Assembly: GCA_965112735.1 (NCBI GenBank)
Contig: OZ218960.1
Span: 620,001-684,000 of the forward strand
Direction: 5' to 3'
DNA: 64,000 nt
Source: Phaeosaccion multiseriatum
Lineage: Eukaryota; Protista; Ochrophyta, other classes
Shown: in pieces, positions 12,636 through 24,790 of the stretch
Position numbering within the stretch: position 1 is the stretch's first letter
How the letters are laid out: every line of letters starts with the position of its first letter
Position numbers and translations under genes: made by a program
Notes under the pieces: model-generated
What the model was told of the DNA's origin: nothing
Seen by the model: the letters and a program-made list of their open reading frames with translations, nothing else
The model's database searches: none

Positions 12636-15600
12636 CGTGGGCGTGGCCCTCTCTCGCTCTTGCTGACTTACTGGCCTAGCTGCCTGACTGGCTCGCTGGC
12701 TGGCTGGCTGGCTGGGTTGCTCTGTGTGTAAAGAAGCACGTGTGAGTGTAGTAACTATCGTAACTGTCGTACTCATCACTGGAGTGTGACACCAAATACC
12801 CGTGTTTAAACATTCAAAGCACATACCTCTTTCGTCTGTAATAAACCAACCAACCACTCACCCCACCAACAAACCAACGTACCACCCACCCATCCAACCA
12901 ACCCGCCAACCAACCAGCCAACCACCAACCAACCAACCAACCAACCAGCCAACCAACCAAACAACCAACCAACCAACCAACCAACCAACCAACCAGACAC
13001 CCAAACACACCAACCAACCAACCAACCAACCAACCAACCAACCAACCAAACACACCAACCAACCAACCAACCAACCAACCAACCAACCAACCAACCAACC
13101 ACCCACCCACCCACCCAACCAACCAACCAAACACACAACCAACCAACCAACCAACCAACCAACCAACCAGCCAGCCAACCAACCAACCAACCAACCAACC
13201 CACCAACCCACCAACCAACCAACCCACCAACCAACCAACCAACCAACCAACCAACCAACCAACCAACCACCCACCCACCCACCCACCCACCCAACCAACC
13301 AACCAACCAACCAACCAACCAACCAACCAAACAAACACCCATGTCATGCTTTGTTGACTTCAGATCTGGGACCGAGACACATTCAACACCAACACGCACG
13401 TGGCGGGGTGTCGCTTCCCCGTGTCCGCTGCTTGTCTCACCAAGATTGTGGGGAGCAAGTGGCCCCGCCCTTCATGGCACAAGCTCCGGGACACGGGCGG
13501 CAATGTGAGTAGGTGTTGGCTGTCAGTTGGCTGTCAGTGTATCATTACGTATCATTACGTGTGTCCACCCGTGTGTCTCTCTGTGTGTCGGCCTGTCTGT
13601 TTAATTATCTACCCATATGCCTCTGTCTGGTGACCTCTCGGGAATGTCCCTCCACTTCCTCGCACCCCACCCCGCCTCACCTCACCTATCCACCCACTTA
13701 CGCACCCACGCACCCACGCACCCACGCACCCACGCACCCACGCACCCACGCACGCACCGACCCGCCCACCCACCCACGCACGCACGCACCCACCCGCCCA
13801 CCCACGCACGCACCCACCCACCCACCCACCCACCCACCCACTCACCCACCCACCCACCCGTCCACCCACTCACGCACCCACGCAACCACGCACCCACGCA
13901 CGCACGCACGCACGCACCCACCCACCCACGCACGCACGCACCCATCCACCCACTCACTCATCCATCCACCCAACCACCCCATCTACTGCCATCGACCCCA
14001 CCCCATCTACTGCCATCTACCCAACCACCCCACCCACCCACCCCACCCCATCTACTGCCATCTACCCCACCCCAAACAGCCCGGCTACGGCGAGATCCTC
14101 CTCTCCCTTCAACTCATCCCGAAGCAAAGCCTTCACTCCAAGCTCCCCAAGCCGCCAGATATCACCCCTGTCTTCCGCACGGCCTACTTGGAGGTGGTGG
14201 CCCTGGGGGTGCGTGATCTCAAACCCTTTGAGTGGAAGAGGGTCTCCAACCCCATGCTCCTATTCGAGATGGACGCGGGTGCGTGCGTGCGTGTGGGCGG
14301 GGGCAGGCGGGTGGGTGGGTGGGGACGGAAACTCACAAGATTGTAGGCACTGCGTTGGGTTTCGAAGTTGCAGTTGAAGCTGAAGAGGCCTGCTGCTAGA
14401 GAACACAGGGTTGATTGAGCAAAACCCCGTGCCCTCTGCCCCCCCCCCTTCTGCTCCCCGCTCGTCCCTCTCTTCCGCCGCTGCGTGCCCCCATCCCGTC
14501 CACGCACATGCACACACACACATACTCGCACACTCACACTCACACACGCACACGCATACGCACACACGCACATGCACACACGTACACACACGCACTCACA
14601 CACATTCCATACACTCACTCACACACTTTCCTCTTTCTCCCTCCCTCCCGCCCTTGCACTCACACACACACTCTCTCCCTCCCTCCATCCCCCCCTCCCT
14701 CCCTGCCTCCCTCCCTCCCTCCCTCCCTCCCTCCCTCCCTCCCTCCCTCCCTCCCTCCCTCCCTCCCTCCCTCCCTCCCTCCCTCCCTCCCTCCCTCCCT
14801 CCCTCCCTCCCTCCCTCCCTCCCTCCCTCCCTCCCTCCCTCCCTCCCTCCCTCCCTCCCTCCCTCCCTCCCTCCCTCCCTCCCTCCCTCCCTCACTCACA
14901 CCCACGCCCCCAGGCGGAGAGTCTGTGAGGTTCCAGACGCCTCCTTCAAAGCATCCCTCCGGCAAGAATGCCAACTTCGCTTACCGCCGAGTCAAGCCCG
15001 TGCTGCTGCCTGAGGACCCCCTCTACGCACCGCAGCTCACCCTGAAGGTGGGGGATGGCAGTGGATGGAAATGGCAGTGGATAGAGGAGAGGGGCGTCAC
15101 GGTCTTCCTTTGGCTGGCTAGCAGGCTTGCTGACTGACTGACTGACTGACTCACTGGCTTATTGGCTGACTGATTGCCTGACTGACTGACTGACTGACTG
15201 ACTGACTGACAAACGACGTGACGCCTGACACCAAGCGCTCTCCTCCCCAACTGTCTGACACCTGACACCATCTTTTGATGACTTAGGTGCTGGACCAGCG
15301 GCTGGGGGGCCTTGTCACGCCCATCGTGGGCACCTTGAGCGTCAACATGGCGGAGAAGATGCCCTGGAACGACCTGGGATACAAGGAGCCGCAGACACAG
15401 GCGGTGAGTAAGTCAGTGGGCAGGCATATGGGTAGGAGGGGCTTACGGGTATAGTTGGGAGTGGGCAGGTTTATGGGTATAGGCATATGGGTTTGGGGAG
15501 CTGCAGACCTGTGGGGGTATAAGGAGCAGTGGGCAGAGACTTGACACTTGCTTGACACTTGATTGACCCTTGCTTGATACTTGCGTTACTGTTGCTTGAC

Positions 15601-18600
15601 ATTTGCTTCACTCTTGCTGTGCACTTTCTGCTTGACACTTGCAGTACTTGAATTGGGCCAACGCGGATCTCAAAGACACCTTCGGGGCGGAGGAAGCAGA
15701 CAAGGAGGGGGAGGACGAGGACGAGGACGAGGAAGAGGGAGGGGCAGGAAAGGAGGATGAGGATGAGGAGGAGGAGGAGGAGGAGGAGGAGGAGAAGGAG
15801 GACGGGGGGCAGAAGCGGGGGGGGGAGGGAGGAGGCGGAGAGGGTGAGGAAGGGAGGAGGAGCAGCCTTTTAAGTCAGGGAGGCCGGGACGGCTCCGTGA
15901 ACTTTGTACATCCTTTGGGTGGTGGAGGAGAAGGATGGGGAGAAGAAGGAGGAGGAGGGGGAGCCGCAAGAGGAGGAAGAGGAGGCGAGGGAGCGAGGAG
16001 GAGACGAGGACGACCTGGAGGAGGTGGTGAGGATGCTAGCGGTGCGGGTGAGGAGCAGCCGCAGGGGGGAGGTGTGGGGGGTGGGATGGCAGTGGAAGGA
16101 CGTCCCACACCAGCTCCTGTGTCCGCATTGCATGGGACAGGGGTGGTGGGGCGCGGGGCACTCGAGTTGGCGCCAGTCGAAGAGGACATGTACTTTGACG
16201 AGCGGCAGGATAGGAGAAGACGTAGGCAGGCCGGCAAGTGGGTCTCGGGGGGGATGGCAGCGGATGGCACGGGGGAGATGGCAGCGGATGGCAGAGGGGA
16301 GGGGTCCGGGGGGATGGCAGCGGATGATGGAGGGCATTGGCTCGAGGCGATGGCTAAGGAAGCGACGCAGGCTATGGGGATGCTGCAGGAGGACGACAGA
16401 GAGGCCACCTTCAAGGTCAGTTGTTCCCCTATGTTAGGGGGATAGGGGGGAGGAGGGGCGGCTATGGTCGATTGTTGTTGCCATAGGCTAGGGGGGAGGG
16501 GGGGGGGGGGAAGGCTATAGTCGGTTGTTGAGATTGGTTAAGGTGGAGCAGGAGGGGGGGGGGGCTGCGTCTTGAGACGCTTGCGCCTTGGAGTCAGCAC
16601 AGAAGCTTCCGTATCGATTCGATATCGGAGCTCGATATTGGAGCTCGATATTGGAGCTCGATATTCGATATCGATCCCATTCTTGACTTCGACGTTGGCA
16701 AGATCGCATAGGGAGGGGCTATGGTCATGTGCTGCTCTTTGTTAAGGGGGTGCCCCCCCCCCTGGGTCACATGTTCTTCCGTTCATTCATCGCTCACACC
16801 ACCCACACACCCACACACCCACCAACCGCCCATTGCCACTCATCTAGTGCCATCCACTGCCGTATGTTGCCATCCATTCATCCATTGCCATCTATTCATT
16901 GACATGTTTACACACAGGATATGCTAGAGCTGGGCATCGATGTCCCTCGCGAGTGGTCAAGTAGCGAGTACCTGGAGGGGAGGGACTGGTGGATCAAGGA
17001 CAGGGGGCCGGGGGGGCGGGGAGCTCGAGAGTGCGCTGAAGAGCTCGCCCTTCGAGAATTACCAACTCGTCATGGGAGCTGAGGCGGCCAAAGGGAAGGG
17101 CCGTTTCAGAAAGAGTCGAGGCATGCGCAGGGTGAGTGAGTGAGTGGGTCGGAGGGATGGACGGACGGAGGGAGGGTGGGAGGGAAGGAGGGAGGGTGGG
17201 AGGGAAGGAGGGAGGAGTAGTGGATGGAATGAGAGCGGAGGATTGTTGCCGCTGCTGCTTTGCTGCTCTGCCTGGCCAGGCCAGCCATTCGTAGGCTTTC
17301 TAGAAAAGAAAAAAGAAAAACTGAAACTGAAGATGAAACTGTAACTGTCTCAACTCTCACCCCTCATTCCTTAGGTGGGCCTATTCAAGGGACTCATCGT
17401 GGTGCACGAGTCTGACCCCGACAGAGACCGGACCTCTCCAGGCCTGCTGGACATGACGCAGCTCAGGGTGGGTGTGAGGGTAGAGCGAGTGGAGAGTAGT
17501 GTGTGTGTGAGTTGTATGTAGAGGGTAGTGTGTGTGTGAGTAGTACTTAGAGGGTAGAGAGTGGAGGGCAGTGAGTAGTTTGTGAGTAGTGTGTATAAAG
17601 AGGGTTGAGGGTGGAAGGTAGTGAGGAATAGGCGCAGTGCGTGAGCTAGTGGGTAGAGGGTGGAGGGTGGAAGAGTGGTGAGTAGTGCGGGAGTTTCTTG
17701 TAGTATGTGGGGGTGCGTGCGCCGATCGACTCACGAAACCGTTATTCTACCTCTGAAATCAAACTCAAACTCATACTTTAACTCACCCCTCACCCCCCCC
17801 ACCCCCCCAATTTACGCTTTAGATCCCTCGCACCATGGTGTGTCGTCTCTATGTGGTGAAGGCCATGCACTTGCAGCCGAAGGACATGAACGGACTCGCA
17901 GACCCCTACCTCAAGATCAAGGTTAGTCGGTGATACAGCAGTAGCAGTTGGTGATATATACATCGGACCTGGTCTCCACCCCTCCCCCCCTCTCCCCTTC
18001 TTTTCGTCTCCCTTGCATGCCAAACCAAACCACCCCCACTCACGCACCCACTCACTTACGTACCCTTACTTACTTCCTTACGCTAACCCTCCCCCCGGGT
18101 ACCCCAGGTGGGGAAGCACAAAGTGGATGACAGAGAAGCCTTCGTGAAGGAGTCGCTAAACCCCGACTTTTACCGCGTGTTCGAATTCCCCGTCACCATC
18201 CCGGGGGAGAGCCAACTCCAGATACAGGTGGGTATGTTGTTTGTTGACTTAATTGGAATCACCGCATAAACTGAAACTGAAAGTGTGGATATGTTGTTTG
18301 TTGACTTAATTGGAGGTGGTGCGGTGTGGATGGCTCAGAAGCAAGCATGCAATATCGACTTTCGGGTCGATATATTGCGGGTCGAGCGTCGATGTTTTGG
18401 ATCGTGGGATCGACTTCTTCATTGGGTGCGGTCTAAGTTCTCCCTGTGGGTGTGTGAAGCGGGTAAAAGCATAGGTAGAAAGGGGAAAGCAGGAAAGGGA
18501 ATGAGGTACTTTGCACACGTTAGGTATACAGGTATAGAAGGGGTATGTGAAGCGGGTAGTAAGCAGGTACTTTGCAGACGTTAGGCAGGAGGTAAAGTAT

Positions 18601-19851
18601 AGGTATATAGGCATAGCGTTATGTAGGTATAGTATGGGTATATAGGCATAGTGTTGTGTAGGTATAGTACAGGGCATAGTGTAGGTATATAGGTGTAGTA
18701 TGGGTGGTAGGTATAGTGCAGAGGGGTCTTCTCTTACCCGTTAGAAAGTCGCCTTCTTCCCCCTCTCTGACCGCTCTCCCCTCTCCTCCTCTTACCCGTT
18801 CCCTCTCCCCTCTCCCCTCTCCTCCTCTTCCCTCTTCCCTCTTCCCTCTCCTCTCTCCACCTCCCTCCCTCTTCCCTCACCCCCCTCCCTTCTTTCCTCT
18901 CCCCTCTCCTTCTCCTCCCCCTCCCCCCTCCCCCCTCCTTCCTCCCGCCCCCTCTCGTCAGCTCTACGACTACGACCGTTTCTCGTTCGATGACTTAATC
19001 GGCAAGACGGTGGTCGACCTGGAGGATCGCTGGTTCAGCTCCAAGTGGCGCGAGATGGGCATCCAAGAGGGTGGCAAACCCCCATTAAAGCCGCTGGAGA
19101 CTCGAAACCTCTTCGTACCCAGCAGCACGTGAGTTCAGTTCCGTCCGGTTCGGAATAGTAAGGCATCCCCCTCCTCCTCCTTTCTCCCTCTCTCTCTGTA
19201 CTCTGCTTCCTCTCTCCTTCATCCATCTTATCCACAGGCCGGGGTGTAGTGGTCGATTGGTGTGTTGTCGTGATCGCGGTGTGTCATCGGTCAAAGGATG
19301 TGCAGCGGCGTTGAGCAGAGGTCTTGAGGCACGGATGGCACCCCACGGAGGAGACTTTCGTTTCACTGACGGTCCCTGACGTTTCAACTGTTCCTCTCGA
19401 CCCCTCTGTTCCCTTCTCCCCTTTCTTGTGTGTGTGCGTGTGCGCGTATGCGTGCGTGCGTGCGTGTGTACGTGCGTGCGTGCGTGCGTGCGTGGACGTT
19501 TTGGTATCTCAGCAACCCCCAGGGGCAGTTGTTGATGTGGCTGGAGCTTGTGGACCGTGTAACTGCCAAGCGTTTCCCCCCGGCCGTGCTGGAACCGCCT
19601 CCAGCCATGACGGTGGAGGTGCGTAGGCGTGTGATACCCAACATAAGCTTGTATGGGAGATGGGCTGATACTTCAGTGCACACTAGACCACTGCCCATAC
19701 GCCTCTAACTTTGAGGTTCCCTCCCCTTCCCATACGCCTCTAACCTGTCTTGTACAGGTGCGCGTGATCTGTTGGAAGAGCAAGGACGTGGTGAGCATGG
19801 ATGACTTCACAGGCCTCAACGACCTCTACGCAAAGGTAAGCGTGTGTGTGT

Positions 19852-19912
<61 letters not shown>

Positions 19913-22900
19913 TGTGTGTGAGTGTGTGTGTGCGTGTGTGTGAGTGTGTGTGTGTGTGAGTGTGTGGTTCGTGTGTGTGTGTGTGGGTGTGTGTGAGTGT
20001 GTGTGAGTGTGTGTGGTTCGTGTGTGTGTGTGAGAGAGAGAGAGAGAGTGTGTGTGTATGTGAGTGTGTGGTTCGTGTGTGTGTGTGAGTGTTTGGTTCG
20101 TGTGTGTGTGTGTGTGAGTGTGTGGTTCGTGTGTGTGTGTGAGTGTGTGGTTCGTGTGTGTGTGAGTGTGTATGAGTGTGTGTGGTTCGTGTGTGTGTGG
20201 TGTGGAAGGGTCAAGGGTGAAGGGTGAAGAGTGAGGCCAAGGGGAGGGGAGGAGGGAGGGGAGCGAGGAGGGTGAAACGGGGGAGTGGGGGTGAGGAGAG
20301 GAGAGGAGAGGAGAGGAGAAGGGCCAGCCCATCGCAACCATACACGCTCCACCGCCCGGGTTCTCGTCCCTCCCTTGACTTACTGCCTCACTGACTTACT
20401 GTCTCACCCCCGTACGGCCTCACTGACTTACTGCCTCGCTAGTTCTGGATGGAGACCAACCCCAAGCGGCGCACAGAGACGGACACACACTGGCGCTGCA
20501 AGAACGGAAAGGGCAGCTGGTGAGTAAGTCAGTGAGTGAGGGAGGGAGAGGGGGGAAAGGAGGGAGTAAGTCAGTGAGGGAGGGATGGAGTATGTCAGTG
20601 AGGGAGGGAGAGAGTAAGTCAGTGAGAGAGGGATGGAGTATGTCAGTGAGGGAGGCAGATCTTGCTGACAAGTATCTGCCTGTGGGGGGGGATGCGTTAC
20701 ACACGATTGATACCGTCGGACTGTGCCTGGACCTTTCTTCCCATCTCTTACCTACCGCACCTCACCTCACCTCACATCACCCACTGACATACGCGATGAC
20801 ACTTTCTGACCGATATGTAACGTTATGTAATAACTCACAAACAGGAACTACCGCATCAAGTTCGATGTGCAGCTGCCCCTCAAATCACCCGAGATGGGTA
20901 GGCTCAAGTTGCAGCTCTGGGACAGGGACATCGCCAAGGTACGGTGGATCACCAACGCGCGTGTGTGAGTGTGTGAGCGTGTGAGTGTGTGTGCGTGCGT
21001 GCGTGTGTGAGTGTGTGGATGTGTGTGTGCGTGTGCGCGCGCGCGTGTGTGTGTGTGAGTGTGTGTGAGTGTGTGTGTGTGGATGTGTGTGTGTGTGAGT
21101 GTGTGTGAGTGTGTGTGAGTGTGTGTGAGTGTGTGTGAGTGTGTGTGAGTGAGTGTGCGTGTACATGCGCGCCCGTACGTGTACGTGTAAACGTGTGCGC
21201 GCGCTTGCACCCATCAAGCATAGCCAGCATCTTTTCATTGACATACTACTCCTCGATACGAAGACGCCCAAGGCCGCAACTGCTCATGTGCTCAACGGCT
21301 CGAAAGGGCGAGGAGAGTAGAAAGTGGCCCTCCCCTCCCCTAACTTGGCCTCTGTCGTAGTGGCTTGGAGCTTAGAGGACAGCTGAAAGGCTTGTTCTAC
21401 AGTCTTAAAGGCCAGTGCAGGATGGTCACATCCATCTCAAACTGAGGCTTTCCCCCTCTGTCAGTCTCACTCTCTCTATCATTCTCTTTCTCGCCCCTCC
21501 CCTCCCCCCTCCCCGTCCCTCCCTCCCTTCCCTTCCCCTCCCCTCCCCTCCCCTCCCCTCCCCTCCCCTCCCCTCCCCTCCCCTCCCCTCCCCTCCCCTC
21601 CCCTCCCCTCCCCTCCCCTCCCCTCCCCTCCCCTCCCCTCCCCTCCCCTCCCCTCCCCTCCCCTCCCCTCCCCTCCCCTCCCCTCCCCTCCCCTCCCCTC
21701 CCCTCCCCTCCCCTCCCCTCCCCTCCCCTCCCCTCCCCTCCCCTCCCCTCCCCTCTTCTCCCCTCCCCTCCCCTCTTCTCCCCTCCCGTCCCGTCCCGTC
21801 CCCTCCCCTCCCCTCCCCTCCCCTCCCCTCCCCGTCCTCCCCCCTCCCCCCCTTCCTCCCTCCACTCCACTCCACACAGACGAACGACATCATTGCCGAG
21901 GCCAAGGTGGACTTGTACTGGTGGCTGCTAATCGCATATCATGAACAGAAGAGCATCAAGCCGTACCAGATCATTAAGAACAAGAGGGAGGAGAGAGCCG
22001 CGAGCTTAGGCCAGCATCCTATGGGCAGTGGACCAGACTCCATCTGTCAGGGGCAGGTGAGCTTTTGGATTGTTGGGGCAAGTATGAAGAGGGTTGGTTG
22101 GCTTGGTTGGTTGGTTCGTTGGTTGTGGGTTTGGTTGGTTGTTTGGTTGGCTTGGTTGGTTGGTTGGTTGTGTGTTTGGTTGGTTGGTTGAGTGCGTGAT
22201 TGGTTGGTTTGGTTGGCTGGCTGGTTGGCTGGTTGGTTTGTTGGTTGGTTGGCTGGCTGGTTGGCTGGTTGGTTGGTTGGTTGGTTGGCTGGTTGCTTGA
22301 TTGGTTAGTTGGTGGCTTGGTTGGTCGGTCGGTCGGGTTTCGCGACTCTTTTTCCCCGTCGGTAGTGTGTAGCTCTGCCAAAGTGCGCAAAGCTGCCTCC
22401 TCCACAGCCCCTGACCCAAACAATTTCTTCACCCACCCACCATCATCCCACACCCCCCCCGCCCACCCCGCCCCCCCCAAACCACACACCCTAACGCCCC
22501 AAACTAGGGCATGATGTCCCCCGGGAGCAGTGACGGAGAGAGCGACTACGGCGATGAAGAGATGCAGCTCCTCACCGGCCGTTCCAGCGGCGGCGGCGGC
22601 GGTGGAGCAGAGGAGGGCGATATCGAGATGGGTGAGGCCGGCAAGGAGGGCAAGCAGGGGAGTGCGGGCGGGTACGACAGCGGAGAAGAGACGGACGAGC
22701 AGAGTGAGATTGACCCCGCGGTGGATGAGGAGGAGCGGGCGAGGAAGCTTGCGGAGAAGAAGAAGCGACTGGTGAGTTGGGAGGTTGGAAGGGTTGAAGG
22801 TTGCTTCCCTTGGTTGGCTTGACGGATGATTGTCAATCGGTCGGTCAAGCGAGCTGGTGAGAAGCGAGTGAGGAGTGGTGCTTTCGATGAATAGGAAGCA

Positions 22901-23559
22901 ACCTAAGAATTACGTACGTGTGTATGGAGTGAGTGGCCTGACCAAGAGACCCCACAGGAGACCCGGGTGAGGGGGTGGTGAGAGCGAGTGGTGGCCAGAC
23001 GAAGAGACCGAGGAGACCGAGGTGGTACCTCCCACTTACCTACCGTTGCCTGGATGGCAGCGGATGGCGTAGAATTGGATGGACGGGATGCTTGCTGTCT
23101 GTCTTTCACCTGCACAAAACGGGGGGGGGGGGGACTTACGTACCACTTACGTAACGTGGCACACGTAAAAGGGATACACTTCAGTCCCTTTCTGCCCTGG
23201 GGTTGCCTCCACCCCTACCGCTGCGACTGATGCTCTGCTATCCTCTATATTACGTGTATTCCTCATTCCCACCCCACCCCACCCGACCCGACCCATCCAC
23301 TGCCATCCACTGCCATCCACTGCCATCCCCCCCCCCGCCCCCCCGAAACAGGCCAGCACAGATGACACCGAGCAGATGGTGGAGTCTGTACTCGAGCTCA
23401 TGGGCAAGGGAAACCCGTCGCCCGATGCACAGTGGCTCAACCTCACCAAGTGGGACCGAGAGAGAGGGGTGCTGGAGGAGATGGGCAAGCTGCTCGTCTC
23501 CATTGAGATACTTCCCAAGGAGCTCGCAGACGCCTCCCCGGTGGGCCACGGAAGGTACG

Positions 23560-23602
<43 letters not shown>

Positions 23603-24204
23603 GAGGTTTGGGTGGGTAGGTAGGTGATGGGTGTGTGCATGTGTGTGCGTGGGTGCGTGGGTGCGTGTGTGCGTGTGTGTGAGAGAGACAAAGAGAGAGC
23701 GAGATACAGAGAGAGAGTGTGTGTGTGTGCGTGCGTGGGTGGGTGATGGATGTGTGTGTATATGTACGTGTGTGTGTGAGAGAGAGGGACAAAGAGGCAG
23801 AGAGCGAAAGAAATGGAGAGAGAGTGAGGGTGTATGTGTGCGACTACTTCTGAAGGGCTGCCCTGCCGCAAGGGAGGAAGGGCAGTGGGCGCTGTTGGGT
23901 CTCATATCAGGCCGCGCCCCCAAACAGTCAAAGTTGCCACTGCTTTGCGTGCACACTATCCTCCTCATTCCCTCTCTCTCTCCCTCTCCCCCCCCCCCCA
24001 ACCAGAGCCGAACCCAACCAGAATCCTTACCTGCCCCCCCCCACGGGCCGCCTCACCATGACCTTCAACCCCTTCACCATGTGCATTCAGCTCATCGGCG
24101 CCAAGGCGTGCTACAAGATGCTCGGCTGTTGTATATGCATCACCCTCCTCGTCAGCTTCGCGCTGGCCGGCACGTACATCACCTCCTTCGAGGCCATTTT
24201 CTAA
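900..24204 (+). CDS. Ferlin-family multi-C2-domain tail-anchored membrane protein (~2145 aa, 40 exons; one apparent +1 frameshift at ~17011-17016)
   Basis: Hand-spliced exons: 900-969,1304-1433,2119-2314,2664-2903,4150-4248,4626-4697,4920-5108,5606-5764,6171-6284,6624-6749,6855-6962,7464-7555,8170-8252,8613-8773,8896-9062,9295-9370,9508-9670,10025-10158,10536-10613,10714-10758,11058-11609,12396-12527,13364-13504,14080-14278,14914-15047,15287-15403,15645-16415,16918-17131,17375-17467,17823-17921,18108-18227,18962-19128,19513-19618,19758-19835,20443-20519,20845-20938,21880-22056,22508-22771,23352-23554,24006-24204. Ferlin hallmarks include repeated C2 starts ([50 protein letters not shown]), [63 protein letters not shown], and [20 protein letters not shown] followed by a C-terminal hydrophobic helix and TAA. 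Confidence 0.93.
1440..1862. repeat. 12-bp minisatellite GCAGGCATATG(G/A) in ferlin intron 2
   Basis: Dozens of degenerate tandem units; short related tracts occur at ~15420, ~40425-40550 and ~54055. Confidence 0.9.
3244..4062. repeat. (CCCT)n microsatellite, ~800 bp, intronic
   Basis: Near-perfect CCCT array inside ferlin intron 2904-4149. Confidence 0.97.
7650..7990. repeat. (CCCTT)n microsatellite, intronic
   Basis: Direct reading of the sequence. Confidence 0.95.
12845..13335. repeat. (AACC)n degenerate microsatellite, intronic
   Basis: Direct reading of the sequence. Confidence 0.95.
21535..21830. repeat. (CCCCT)n microsatellite, intronic
   Basis: Direct reading of the sequence. Confidence 0.95.
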
Positions 24205-24790
24205 TCAGAGTAAAAACAAATCGAGGCCATTTTTTGTTTTCATTTTCATTTGTTGCAGTAATAAGAACATAAAAATAAATAAAAACAGTTCGAGGCCATT
24301 CTCTAATCAAAATGAATAAAAACAAATATGTCCGGCTTGTTGCGCTGTCGGCAGCTCCGGTACTCCCAGCCAATGCAAGAGGGTCATGTAGCTACACCCA
24401 CACACACCCACACACACTGCTTGAATTCATTATTAATTCGGTACTAATACTGTGTCATGCTTTACCACTAACTGCTGCGATACACTAACAATACAATAGG
24501 CCTCGCCGTCGGAGGCCCCCCACCATTTATAATTTATAATCACACGCTCAGCCACGCGAGCCTATTGAAAGAAAACAAAATAAAGTTTGCTCGTGCTGCC
24601 CCATGTATAACCAACTGCTGCTGCTGCTGGTGCTCTTGCTGCTACTGCTGCTGCTTGTGCTGCTGCTGCTGCTGCTTGTGCTGCTGCTCTTCCTTCAGTC
24701 GCATCTAGTCGCATCGCCCAGCCATACTTATAGGGGAGAATGTAATCTGTCATTTCTACCAATCAACCAATCAATCAATCAGTCAATCGA

